From the NCBI GenBank assembly GCA_034435215.1, contig DAOTXM010000492.1, positions 12,611-76,610 of the forward strand: a stretch of 64,000 nucleotides of DNA, given 5' to 3'. Shown in pieces: positions 26,797 to 36,000 of the stretch. The stretch comes from Anaerolineales bacterium. Its GTDB lineage: Bacteria > Chloroflexota > Anaerolineae > Anaerolineales > Villigracilaceae. Position numbers and translations under genes: made by a program. Positions within the stretch are counted from its first letter, which is position 1; each line of letters starts with the position of its first letter. A model generated the notes under the pieces. That model was not told the origin of the DNA and searched no databases. It saw nothing but the letters and a program-made list of their open reading frames with translations.

Positions 26797-27813
26797 ATGG
26801 ACCTCAATACTATCTGGTTTATCCTGGTCACCGTCCTGTTCATCGGGTTCTTCTTCCTGGAAGGCTTCGATTACGGGGTCGGTATCCTGCTGCCCTTCCT
26901 GGGCAAGAATGACAAAGAACGCCGCGCCATCATCAACACGATTGGCCCAGTGTGGGACGGCAACGAAGTGTGGATGCTGACGGCGGGCGGCGCCATGTTC
27001 GCTTCCTTCCCACATGTCTATGCCACCCTGTTCAGCGGCTTCTACCTGGCGCTGGTGCTGATGCTGGTGGCGCTCATCCTGCGCGGCGTGGCGTTCGAAT
27101 ATCGCCAGAAATACGCCGACCAGGCCTCGCGGGAGCGCTGGGACTGGGCTATCTTCATCGGCTCGGCCCTGCCCGCCCTGCTGTGGGGCGTGGCGGTCGG
27201 CAACCTGATGCGCGGCGTGGCCATTGACGAGAACATGTACTACTGGGGCGGGCTGCTGCCGTTGCTCAATCCGTTCTCGATCCTGGGCGGGCTGGTCTTT
27301 GTGGCGCTGTTCACGATGCACGGCGCAAATTACCTGGCGTTGAAGACCGAAGGTGCAGTCGAAACACGCGCCAAAGACGTGGCTTTCAAGGCCTGGATTG
27401 CCGCCACCGTCCTGACGGTTGCCTTTGTAGTTTGGACCTTCTTTGCCACCGATATCCTGACCAAACCGGGCGTCAATGGCTTGATCCCGGCGGCGCTGGC
27501 GGCGGCAGCCTTGCTGACGGTCGGTTACTTCAGTAAAGCGGGCGAATACGGTTCGGCCTTCATTGGCGGCTCGCTGGCTGTTGTCTTCGCTACCATCATG
27601 GTGTTCGCCGGGCTGTTCCCGCGCATCCTGATCTCCACCATTGACCCGGCCTACAGCCTCGATATCTGGAACGCCTCGTCCACGCCCTACACGTTGACCG
27701 TCATGACCATCGTGGCCGTCATCTTTGTCCCCATCGTGCTGGCCTACCAGATCTGGACCTACCGCGTCTTCCGCGCCCGTGTCAAGGCGGACCCGAAAAC
27801 CCTGGTGTACTGA
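26797..27813 (+). CDS. cydB: Cytochrome bd oxidase subunit II (copy 1)
   Basis: 338 aa with LEGFDYGVGILLPFLGKND.ERRAIINTIGPVWDGNEVW. Confidence 0.95.
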   Translation: MDLNTIWFILVTVLFIGFFFLEGFDYGVGILLPFLGKNDKERRAIINTIGPVWDGNEVWMLTAGGAMFASFPHVYATLFSGFYLALVLMLVALILRGVAFEYRQKYADQASRERWDWAIFIGSALPALLWGVAVGNLMRGVAIDENMYYWGGLLPLLNPFSILGGLVFVALFTMHGANYLALKTEGAVETRAKDVAFKAWIAATVLTVAFVVWTFFATDILTKPGVNGLIPAALAAAALLTVGYFSKAGEYGSAFIGGSLAVVFATIMVFAGLFPRILISTIDPAYSLDIWNASSTPYTLTVMTIVAVIFVPIVLAYQIWTYRVFRARVKADPKTLVY

Positions 27814-27834
27814 AATCCCGCTGACGTACGAATC

Positions 27835-27863
27835 GGGGCAGGATAACAACCTGCCCCATTTTT
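27835..27863 (+). terminator. Intrinsic terminator after cydAB copy 1
   Basis: GGGGCAGG-ataacaa-CCTGCCCC followed by ATTTTT. Confidence 0.75.
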
Positions 27864-28000
27864 GTCCTCTGGACAAGACTTTTTCTGCCTGTTGTAGTAT
27901 AAATGGTTTGTGACGCCTGTCACGCAAAGACTCATTTGCTGCCCAAACCAACGGCTATCGAAACGCTTTCGTAAGCATAATCACCTTGAATGGAGGTTGG

Positions 28001-29395
28001 ATGGACCCCGTTATCCTTTCCCGCTGGCAGTTTGCCGCGACGACAATCTATCACTTCTTCTTCGTCCCGCTCACGCTGGGACTCTCGTGGCTTGTGGCGC
28101 TGCTGCACACCCAGTATTACCGCACGGGCGATGAAAAATTCAAGCGCCTGACGAAGTTCTGGGGCAAGCTGTTTCTGATTAACTTTGCCATGGGGGTGGT
28201 GACCGGCATCGTGCAGGAATTTCAGTTCGGCATGAACTGGTCGGAATACAGCCGATTCGTGGGCGATATCTTCGGCGCACCGCTGGCCATCGAAGCCCTG
28301 ACGGCCTTCTTCATGGAGAGCACCTTCCTGGGCATCTGGATTTTCGGCTGGGAGCGCGTTCCCAAAGGCCTGCACCTGGCCTCCATCTGGCTGGCAGCCC
28401 TGGGGTCGAACCTCTCGGCGTTGTGGATTTTGCTGGCCAACGGCTTCATGCAGCATCCGGTCGGCTTCGATCCCGCCAGCGTGGAGACCGGCCGCCTGAT
28501 GCTGAACGATTTCCTGGCCCTGGCTACCAACCCGAAAGGTTGGCTGTTCTTCTGGCATACGCTGGCCTCTGGACTGGCGACCGCCGGCTTCTTTGTGTTG
28601 GGTATCAGCGCTTGGCACCTGGCCCGAAAGAAAGATGAAACCTTCTTCAAGTATTCCTTCCAACTGGGTGCCATCGTGTCCCTGCTGTTCACCGTCATCG
28701 TGGGGTTGGGCGGCCACGAACAGGGACGCTACGTGATGGAAACCCAACCGATGAAGATGGCTTCCATCGAGGCGCTCTGGGAGACCGAACAACCTGCTTC
28801 GTTTTCGATTATTACCATCGGCGACTTGACGGGGAAAAACCTGGTTTGGGAAATCCGCATCCCGCGCCTGCTCAGCCTGATCGCCTGCAACAACCTGACC
28901 TGTGAAGTGCGCGGCGTGAACGACGTGCAAGCCGAGTACGAAGCGAAATATGGCCCCGGCGATTACGTCCCGCTGATGGTCATCACTTATTGGGCATTCC
29001 GCTTCATGTTCGGCGCCTCGCTGCTGATGGTGGCGGTCGGCGCGTATGCCGTCTTCCTGGTCGTCAAGGATTGGCCGCAGAAGTGGATGCGCTGGTTGAA
29101 ATGGCTGCCCTGGAGCATTGCCCTGCCCTACATCGCCAACTCCAGTGGCTGGATCCTGACCGAAACCGGACGCCAGCCCTGGATTGTACAGGGACTGTTA
29201 CGAACCGAGCAGGCCAACTCCCCCAACGTGAGCGGCGGAATGGTCTTGTTCACCCTGGTCGGTTTCGTGGTCATCTATGCCGCGCTGATGGCTGCCGATA
29301 TTTACCTGCTGACCCGCTTTGCCAAAGCCGGCCCCGATGCCACTGACAAAGGCGTCATCGGCGACCCGGCCCTGCTGGTGGGCGCACAAGACTGA
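28001..29395 (+). CDS. cydA: Cytochrome bd oxidase subunit I (copy 2)
   Basis: ATG 28001 follows GGAGG. MDPVILSRWQFAATTIYHFFFVPLTLG, closely parallel to copy 1. Confidence 0.95.
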   Translation: MDPVILSRWQFAATTIYHFFFVPLTLGLSWLVALLHTQYYRTGDEKFKRLTKFWGKLFLINFAMGVVTGIVQEFQFGMNWSEYSRFVGDIFGAPLAIEALTAFFMESTFLGIWIFGWERVPKGLHLASIWLAALGSNLSALWILLANGFMQHPVGFDPASVETGRLMLNDFLALATNPKGWLFFWHTLASGLATAGFFVLGISAWHLARKKDETFFKYSFQLGAIVSLLFTVIVGLGGHEQGRYVMETQPMKMASIEALWETEQPASFSIITIGDLTGKNLVWEIRIPRLLSLIACNNLTCEVRGVNDVQAEYEAKYGPGDYVPLMVITYWAFRFMFGASLLMVAVGAYAVFLVVKDWPQKWMRWLKWLPWSIALPYIANSSGWILTETGRQPWIVQGLLRTEQANSPNVSGGMVLFTLVGFVVIYAALMAADIYLLTRFAKAGPDATDKGVIGDPALLVGAQD

Positions 29396-29407
29396 AGGAG
29401 GCTTGCC

Positions 29408-30445
29408 ATGTTACCCGAAACATTACAAACCATCTGGTTCATCCTGATCGCCGTCTTGTGGATCGGCTTCTTCGTGCTGGAAGGCTTCGATTTCGGCGTC
29501 GGGCTGGTGCTACCCTTCCTCGGAAAGAAAGACGAGGAGCGGCGCGCCATCATCAATACCATCGGCCCGCACTGGGATGGCAACGAGGTCTGGCTCATCG
29601 CAGCCGGCGGCGCGATGTTCGCTGCCTTTCCCATGTGGTACGCAACCATGTTCAGTGGTTTCTACCTGGCCTTGTTTCTGCTACTCTTCGGCCTGATCAT
29701 CCGCGGCGTGGCCTTCGAATTCCGCTCGAAGGACTACAACCCCAAATGGCGCAATTTGTGGGATTGGGCTATTTTTTTCGGATCGCTCATCCCCGGTCTT
29801 TTAATCGGTGTAGCCTTCGCTAACCTGGCTGCTGGTGTACCGATCGATGCCAGCATGCACTTCACCGGCAGCCTGTTGACCTTGCTAATCAACGGGAACG
29901 GGTATACGCTGGTGGGCGGTCTGCTGGCGTTGTCCGTATTTGCCTTGCATGGCAGCATCTTCCTCAGCTTGAAACTGAAGGACGATATGCAGAAACGTGC
30001 CCAGATCTTTGCACGCAAACTCTGGGGGCTGGCTATGATCGTGGTGCTCGTTTACGCGGTCTGGACATTCTTCGCCACCGACTTCATCGAGCATCTCGGC
30101 ATCAATCCGGGCATCTATCCACTTGGCGCGGTGGTCACCATGGCGCTGGTCGGGACCGTCTTCCTGCCCCGCAAAATGGATGGCTGGGCTTTTGTGATGA
30201 CCATCTTGCATCTGGTGCTTACGCAGGTTAGTTTCTTCCTGCTGCTCTTCCCGCGCGTCATGATCTCCAGCACCAATCCCGATTACAGCCTGACGATTTA
30301 TAACGCTTCATCTTCGCCGTACACACTGCAGGTGATGTCCATCGTGGCGCTCATCTTCGTCCCAATCGTACTGGCTTACCAGGGATACTCATACTGGGTC
30401 TTCCGCAAGCGTGTCTCAACCGATCCAAAGACACTGACATACTAA
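29408..30445 (+). CDS. cydB: Cytochrome bd oxidase subunit II (copy 2)
   Basis: 345 aa with LEGFDFGVGLVLPFLGKKDEERRAIINTIGPHWDGNEVW. Confidence 0.95.
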   Translation: MLPETLQTIWFILIAVLWIGFFVLEGFDFGVGLVLPFLGKKDEERRAIINTIGPHWDGNEVWLIAAGGAMFAAFPMWYATMFSGFYLALFLLLFGLIIRGVAFEFRSKDYNPKWRNLWDWAIFFGSLIPGLLIGVAFANLAAGVPIDASMHFTGSLLTLLINGNGYTLVGGLLALSVFALHGSIFLSLKLKDDMQKRAQIFARKLWGLAMIVVLVYAVWTFFATDFIEHLGINPGIYPLGAVVTMALVGTVFLPRKMDGWAFVMTILHLVLTQVSFFLLLFPRVMISSTNPDYSLTIYNASSSPYTLQVMSIVALIFVPIVLAYQGYSYWVFRKRVSTDPKTLTY

Positions 30446-30467
30446 CCAAACACCCTTTAAAATTTCG

Positions 30468-30495
30468 GAGTGCGGACTAAGTCCGCACTCATTTT
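30468..30495 (+). terminator. Intrinsic terminator after cydAB copy 2
   Basis: GAGTGCGGAC-taa-GTCCGCACTC followed by ATTTT, 12 nt before the cydDC start. Confidence 0.7.
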
Positions 30496-30506
30496 ATAAT
30501 AAACCA

Positions 30507-33500
30507 ATGCACCGCCGATTGCTGGCCCTTGCTCGCGATAGCCGCTTCAGCCTGGCACTAACGATTCTTTCAGGATCGATGGCCGGGCTGTTGACCATCT
30601 GGCAGGCCTGGCTCATCAGCAGAACAGTCACTGGAGTCTTCCTGGAAGGGCAGACTTTGGTGCAAGTAACAGGCTGGCTGCACCTGCTTCTGGTCATCAT
30701 GACAGGGCGAGGAGTGCTGGCCTGGGTTAACGAGGTGAGCGCCAACGCGGTGGCCGTCAGCATCAAAACCGACCTGCGTAAGCGGCTCTTTGCCCATATC
30801 CAGGCACTGGGCCCCGCCTACACACGCGCCGAACGGACCGGTGAACTGACCATGGCAGCCATGGAGGGCATCGAGGCCCTGGATGCTTATTTCAGCCAAT
30901 ATTTACCACAACTGGTCATTACTGCGCTTGTTCCCCTCTCAATTTTGCTTTTTGTTTTTCCACTCGACCTGCTCTCGGGCATCATCCTGCTCGTTACAGC
31001 GCCACTCATCCCATTCTTCATGATCCTGATCGGCAAAGGCGCTGAGATCGTTACCAACCGCCAGTATGAGACCCTCAGCCGCTTATCCGCCCACTTTCTC
31101 GATAGCCTGCAAGGCCTGACCACGCTCAAGATTTTCGGCCAGTCCAAGGCGCATGCCAAATCCATCGCTAAAGTCAGCGACCAATTCCGTGACAGGACGA
31201 TGGCTGTCCTACGCGTCACCTTCCTCTCGGCGCTGGCGCTGGAACTGCTCGCCACGCTCAGCACGGCAGTCATTGCCGTAGAGATCGGTCTGCGCTTGCT
31301 GTATGCCAGAATGGAATTTCGTGAGGCCTTCTTCCTGCTCATCCTGGCTCCGGAATTCTACCTGCCGCTGCGCATGCTCGGCATGCGCTTTCATGCGGGC
31401 ATGGCGGGCACGAGCGCAGCGAAAAGAATTTTCGAAATTTTAGATCTGCCCTCACCCCTGCTCCCCTCTCCCGCTGGGAGAGGGGATGGGGGTGAGGGAA
31501 AATTTGAAATTATTTCTCTCCAAAATGCCTCCTTCACCTATCCGGGTGAACCCGTTCCTGCCCTGCAAAACATCGACTTGCACATCAAAGCAGGCCAGCA
31601 CATTGCCCTGGTCGGTCCCAGCGGCGCGGGAAAAAGCACGTTGGTTAATTTGCTCCTGGGTTTCATCCAGCCTACTTCTGGACAGATCATCACGCATTAC
31701 GCGCAACGAAATATGCACCAGGCCTCATCCAAAACCATTAACCATTCCCCAATAACCAAATACACAGCCTGGGTTCCACAAAAGCCCTACATCTTTCATG
31801 ACACGATCGCCGCTAACCTTCGTCTTGGCAAGCCAGACGCCACGGAAGAAGAACTGATCGTTGCCGCAAAATCTGCATACCTGCACGAATTCATTATTTC
31901 CCTACCGGCTGGCTACCAGACAGTCGTCGGCGAGGGCGGTGCCCGTCTCAGCGGCGGGCAGGCCCAACGTCTCGCTCTGGCGCGCGCTTTCCTGAAAGAT
32001 GCCCCCATCTTGATCCTGGACGAACCTACCTCCAGCCTCGATCCCGAAACCGAGACCTTGCTCGAAGAATCCACCCGCCGGCTTATGCAAGGAAAGACGA
32101 CGATTACCATCGCTCACCGCCTGAATACCGTCTACCAAGCCGACCAGATCGTGGTGCTCGATAAAGGCCGCATCGTGGAACAAGGCACACACGCCGACCT
32201 GCTGGCAAGGCATGGACTCTACGCCAGCATGGTCGGTGCACAAGCCAAAAGCCACAAGCCTCAGACTGCGCATAACGCTGAACGTTCAACGTCGAATGCC
32301 CGCTCAACCGTTCCTCAATCACTAATCCCCTTCGGAGACGATGTCGCCAATCGTAAATCACAAATCGTCAATCCTAAATCGGAGATCCTGCCTCGTCTTC
32401 TCTCCTTCCTCTCCGGCTCCTGGCGTTGGGTTGCCCTTTCGGTGCTGCTAGGTACGCTGACCATTGGGGCCAACGTCTCGCTGATGGGTACATCCGCCTG
32501 GCTCATCTCGACAGCTGCGTTGCATCCATCCGTGGCGGAACTACAGGTTGCCATCGTCGGCGTGCGTTTCTTCGGCATCAGCCGCGGTGTCTTCCGGTAT
32601 GCGGAACGCCTGGTCTCGCATGATGTTACTTTTCGGCTGCTCTCCCGCCTGCGCGTCTGGTTCTACGCAAAGCTCGAGCCGCTTGCGCCTGCCCGCTTGA
32701 TGGACTATCGCGCTGGTGACCTGCTCGCGCGCATCACCGGCGACGTGGAAACCCTGGAAAACTTCTACGTACGCGTAGTCTCCCCACCACTGGTCGCTGC
32801 GGTTACCGCTTGCGGAGTTGCCATCTTCCTCGCCTCTTTCTACCCGCTACTTGCCACCGTCTTGATTGGCTTTTTCCTTGCCCTTGGCTTGTTTCTGCCG
32901 TTTCTATCCCAACGGCTCAGCCGCGGACCAGGGAAAGCTCTCATCAAACTGCGCTCTGATCTTCACACCCAATTAGTTGACGGCATACAGGGAATGGCGG
33001 ACATCCTTGCTTACGGTCGTGCAGCCGATCGATTGAAGCTCATCGCGAATACCAGCCATGACTATGGGCTCGCCCAACGCAGCATGGCACGTATCAGCGG
33101 ACTGCAATCCGCGATGATGACACTGCTCACCAACCTGAGTATGTGGACAGTGCTTTTCATGAGCATTCCCCTCGTCAGCGATGGACGTCTGGAAGGCGTG
33201 ATGCTTGGTACATTGGCTTTGTTGACTCTGGCATCCTTCGAAGCAGTAACACCCCTGCCTCTTGCCGCACAGATGTGGGTGAGTGTGCAAACGGCTGCAG
33301 GAAGATTATTTGAGATCGTGGATGTGGAACCCATGGTGAATGAGAATGGAGAGCAGAGAGTAGAGAGCAGACCAGGGATGGACGTATTCTCTACCCTCCA
33401 ATTTTCCAATCTCTCTTTTACTTATCCGGGTCAAACGATCCCTGTCATTCAAGACATTTCTTTCCGGTTGGAGTCTGGCAAGTCGCTGGCTATTGTCGGG

Positions 33501-34127
33501 CCGAGCGGTGCGGGGAAGAGCACTCTGGTCAATTTGTTGCTCAGGTTCTGGGAATATAGTTCGGGGGACATCCGCCTGGGTAAAGAATCGCTGCATAGCC
33601 TGGAGCAGAATGAAGTCCGGGCATACTGCGCTGTTGTTCCACAAAATTCGCACTTCTTTAATGCCACAGTCCGCGAAAATCTGGCATTGGCCCGCCCGTC
33701 CGCATCCGTCAGAGAGGTCGAAGAGGCTGCCCAATGGGCAAAAATCCACAAGTTCATCCTGGGATTGCCGCATGGATATGACACATTCATCGGCGAACAA
33801 GGGCAGCGCCTTTCGGGTGGCGAACGCCAGCGGCTGGTAATTGCACGGGCATTGTTGAAGGACGCACCTATTTTGATCCTGGACGAACCCACCGCCAATC
33901 TCGATCCACTAACCGAGAAACAGGTGCTGGAAACGCTCTTCGGTTTGATGAGAGGCAGGACCACTTTGCTCATTACGCACCGGCTGGTCGGGCTGGAGAA
34001 CATGGATGAAATCCTGGTGATGGAACACGGGCGGATCGTCGAGCGCGGCACACAGGTTGGATTGTTGCAGAAAAACGGGATGTATCGCCGGTTATGGGAT
34101 TTGCAAAATAGAATCCTGGAAAGTTAG
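30507..34127 (+). CDS. cydDC: Fused CydD-CydC ABC exporter (two TMD-NBD halves in one ORF)
   Basis: 1206 aa with two Walker A sites (GPSGAGKST twice), two LSGGxxQR signatures and two Walker B sites (ILILDEPT twice), each preceded by a six-helix TMD. A low-complexity linker lies around 32240..32400. Confidence 0.9.
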   Translation: MHRRLLALARDSRFSLALTILSGSMAGLLTIWQAWLISRTVTGVFLEGQTLVQVTGWLHLLLVIMTGRGVLAWVNEVSANAVAVSIKTDLRKRLFAHIQALGPAYTRAERTGELTMAAMEGIEALDAYFSQYLPQLVITALVPLSILLFVFPLDLLSGIILLVTAPLIPFFMILIGKGAEIVTNRQYETLSRLSAHFLDSLQGLTTLKIFGQSKAHAKSIAKVSDQFRDRTMAVLRVTFLSALALELLATLSTAVIAVEIGLRLLYARMEFREAFFLLILAPEFYLPLRMLGMRFHAGMAGTSAAKRIFEILDLPSPLLPSPAGRGDGGEGKFEIISLQNASFTYPGEPVPALQNIDLHIKAGQHIALVGPSGAGKSTLVNLLLGFIQPTSGQIITHYAQRNMHQASSKTINHSPITKYTAWVPQKPYIFHDTIAANLRLGKPDATEEELIVAAKSAYLHEFIISLPAGYQTVVGEGGARLSGGQAQRLALARAFLKDAPILILDEPTSSLDPETETLLEESTRRLMQGKTTITIAHRLNTVYQADQIVVLDKGRIVEQGTHADLLARHGLYASMVGAQAKSHKPQTAHNAERSTSNARSTVPQSLIPFGDDVANRKSQIVNPKSEILPRLLSFLSGSWRWVALSVLLGTLTIGANVSLMGTSAWLISTAALHPSVAELQVAIVGVRFFGISRGVFRYAERLVSHDVTFRLLSRLRVWFYAKLEPLAPARLMDYRAGDLLARITGDVETLENFYVRVVSPPLVAAVTACGVAIFLASFYPLLATVLIGFFLALGLFLPFLSQRLSRGPGKALIKLRSDLHTQLVDGIQGMADILAYGRAADRLKLIANTSHDYGLAQRSMARISGLQSAMMTLLTNLSMWTVLFMSIPLVSDGRLEGVMLGTLALLTLASFEAVTPLPLAAQMWVSVQTAAGRLFEIVDVEPMVNENGEQRVESRPGMDVFSTLQFSNLSFTYPGQTIPVIQDISFRLESGKSLAIVGPSGAGKSTLVNLLLRFWEYSSGDIRLGKESLHSLEQNEVRAYCAVVPQNSHFFNATVRENLALARPSASVREVEEAAQWAKIHKFILGLPHGYDTFIGEQGQRLSGGERQRLVIARALLKDAPILILDEPTANLDPLTEKQVLETLFGLMRGRTTLLITHRLVGLENMDEILVMEHGRIVERGTQVGLLQKNGMYRRLWDLQNRILES
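31449..31498. repeat. GC-rich nested palindrome inserted in frame in cydDC
   Basis: CCCTCACCCC tg C TCCCCTCTCCC gct GGGAGAGGGGA t GGGGTGAGGG, two stems of 10 and 11 bp. Encodes PSPLLPSPAGRGDGGEG between the TMD1 end and NBD1. Confidence 0.8.
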
Positions 34128-34231
34128 TCTTTAAAAATTTCCCATACCAGATTGACTTTCGAATCCATCCTGTTATATACTATGATTACATCGCCAAATT
34201 CCACCCATTCAGTTCAAAGGAGGAGAAATCC

Positions 34232-35938
34232 ATGAATGACCGTCCCTGGTACGCCAAGTATGACAAAGGCGTTCCGAAAACAATCGACTATCCTAAAAAG
34301 CCGCTATATCATTTTCTGGAAGAGTCGGCCAGTAAGTATCCCGATAAGCCATGTACGATCTTCAAGGGAGCCATCATTACATATAAAGAGATGAATGAAA
34401 TGACCGACCGCGTGGCCGCCGCGCTCGCTGATCTAGGCGTGAAAAAAGGCGACCGGGTCGGCATTTTCATGCCCAATACTCCCCAATTTGTAATGGCGTA
34501 CTTTGGCATTCTGAAGGCGGGCGGCGTGGTCGTAGCCACCAACCCATTGTATACGCCCGCTGAAATCGAATACCAGGCCAGTGATGCAGGGATCGAGGTC
34601 ATGTTTGTGATGACCAACTTCTACAAGACCATCAAAGCCGCCCAACCCAGGACAAAAATCAAGAAATTGATCGTAACGAACATCAAAGAGGCCCTGCCGC
34701 CTGTCACGCGTTTGCTCTTCACACTGGTTGTGGAGAAAAAGGGTGGACATCGGGTCGAAGGACCCCTGCCAGAAGGCGATATGTGGATGCAGGAGTTGAT
34801 CGCCAAATATGAACCTTCGGCTCGACCCAAGCTCGAAATTGATCCCGATGATACGGCCTTGTTCCAGTACTCAGGTGGAACGACGGGTGTCTCGAAAGGC
34901 GCGGTGGCGACGCACTTCAACGTGGTGGCCAACGCCCTTCAAATCAAGAGTTGGATGACTAACATCAAGGAGGGCGATGAAATTGTTTTGATGGGCATCC
35001 CGCTCTTTCACGTCTATGGCATGGTGGCAGGCATGCATTTTGGCATGGCCTCTGGCGCCAGCCTGGTCATGATCCCCAATGTGCGCGACCTGAAGGATGT
35101 GCTGGAAAACATCAAAAAATATCGCCCCAGCATCTTCCCCGGTGTCCCTACGCTGTACAACGCGTTGAATAATCATCCGGACGTGGTCTCCGGGAAATAT
35201 GACCTTTCATCCATTAAAGCCTGCATCTCCGGTTCGGCCCCATTGATGCGTGAGACGAAGGAACGCTTTGAAGCGCTCTCCGGCGGGAAAGTTTTCGAAG
35301 GCTTTGGCTTATCCGAAGCACCGACCGCTTCGCACTGCAACCCGTTGCTGGGCGAGAACCGTACCGGATCGATTGGCCTGCCCCTGCCGGATGTAGATGC
35401 CAAAATCATCAGTCTCGATGATGGCGAGACCGAGTTGAACGTGGGAGAAGTTGGCGAACTGGTCCTGAATAGTCCAAATGTAATGAAGGGCTATCACAAT
35501 ATGCCGACCGAGACGGCCAACGCACTGCGCAAGTTGAAGGACGGCAAGACCTGGCTGTTCACCGGTGATATCGCCCGCATGGACGAAGACGGTTATTTCT
35601 ACATTGTCGACCGCAAGAAGGAATTGATCAAGCCGGGTGGCTTCCAGGTCTGGCCGCGTGAAGTGGAAGAGGTGTTGGCTGCGCATCCGAAAGTGCTGGA
35701 AGCCGGTGTGGCGGGTATCCCCGATCCCTACCGTGGTGAAACAGTTAAAGCCTGGATTGTGCTCAAACCCGGTGAGAGCGCTACCGAGGAAGAACTCAAG
35801 GCCTTCTGCAAGGAAAAACTGGCTGCGTATAAGGTGCCGACTCACTACGAGTTTCGGAGCGAGTTGCCCAAGACAACCGTCGGCAAGATTTTGCGGCGCG
35901 AGCTGGTCCGCCAGCATAAGGAAGCGGAAGCAAAGTAG
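34232..35938 (+). CDS. Long-chain-fatty-acid--CoA ligase (AMP-binding family)
   Basis: 568 aa with the AMP-binding motif QYSGGTTGVSKGA, plus GYGLSEA-like FEGFGLSEAP, TGDIARMDEDGYFYIVDRKKELIK and KTTVGKILRRE. Confidence 0.92.
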   Translation: MNDRPWYAKYDKGVPKTIDYPKKPLYHFLEESASKYPDKPCTIFKGAIITYKEMNEMTDRVAAALADLGVKKGDRVGIFMPNTPQFVMAYFGILKAGGVVVATNPLYTPAEIEYQASDAGIEVMFVMTNFYKTIKAAQPRTKIKKLIVTNIKEALPPVTRLLFTLVVEKKGGHRVEGPLPEGDMWMQELIAKYEPSARPKLEIDPDDTALFQYSGGTTGVSKGAVATHFNVVANALQIKSWMTNIKEGDEIVLMGIPLFHVYGMVAGMHFGMASGASLVMIPNVRDLKDVLENIKKYRPSIFPGVPTLYNALNNHPDVVSGKYDLSSIKACISGSAPLMRETKERFEALSGGKVFEGFGLSEAPTASHCNPLLGENRTGSIGLPLPDVDAKIISLDDGETELNVGEVGELVLNSPNVMKGYHNMPTETANALRKLKDGKTWLFTGDIARMDEDGYFYIVDRKKELIKPGGFQVWPREVEEVLAAHPKVLEAGVAGIPDPYRGETVKAWIVLKPGESATEEELKAFCKEKLAAYKVPTHYEFRSELPKTTVGKILRRELVRQHKEAEAK

Positions 35939-35940
35939 GA

Positions 35941-36000
35941 CTGTCGATCAGAAAGAAAAAGCTCTTTCGAGTTTTCGAAAGGGCTTTTTTTCTTCGACAG
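35941..36000. terminator. Bidirectional terminator between convergent acyl-CoA ligase and ftsH
   Basis: CTGTCGA..AAAAAGCTCTTTCGA-gttt-TCGAAAGGGCTTTTTTT..TCGACAG, nested hairpins with T-runs on both strands. Confidence 0.75.

Noticed and set aside
25385-28930. Long minus-strand ORFs (409, 390 and 332 aa) opposite the cyd genes.
   Set aside because: These are shadow ORFs on the antisense strand of GC-rich, strongly recognisable cydA/cydB genes. Their products are low-complexity (Arg/Gly/Gln/His-rich) with no motifs.
30507-34127. cydDC single ORF, considered as an assembly or frameshift artefact.
   Set aside because: This cannot be excluded without reads. However, the frame is continuous through a 50-aa linker with no near-miss stops and both halves are complete, so it is reported as a fusion with a stated check.
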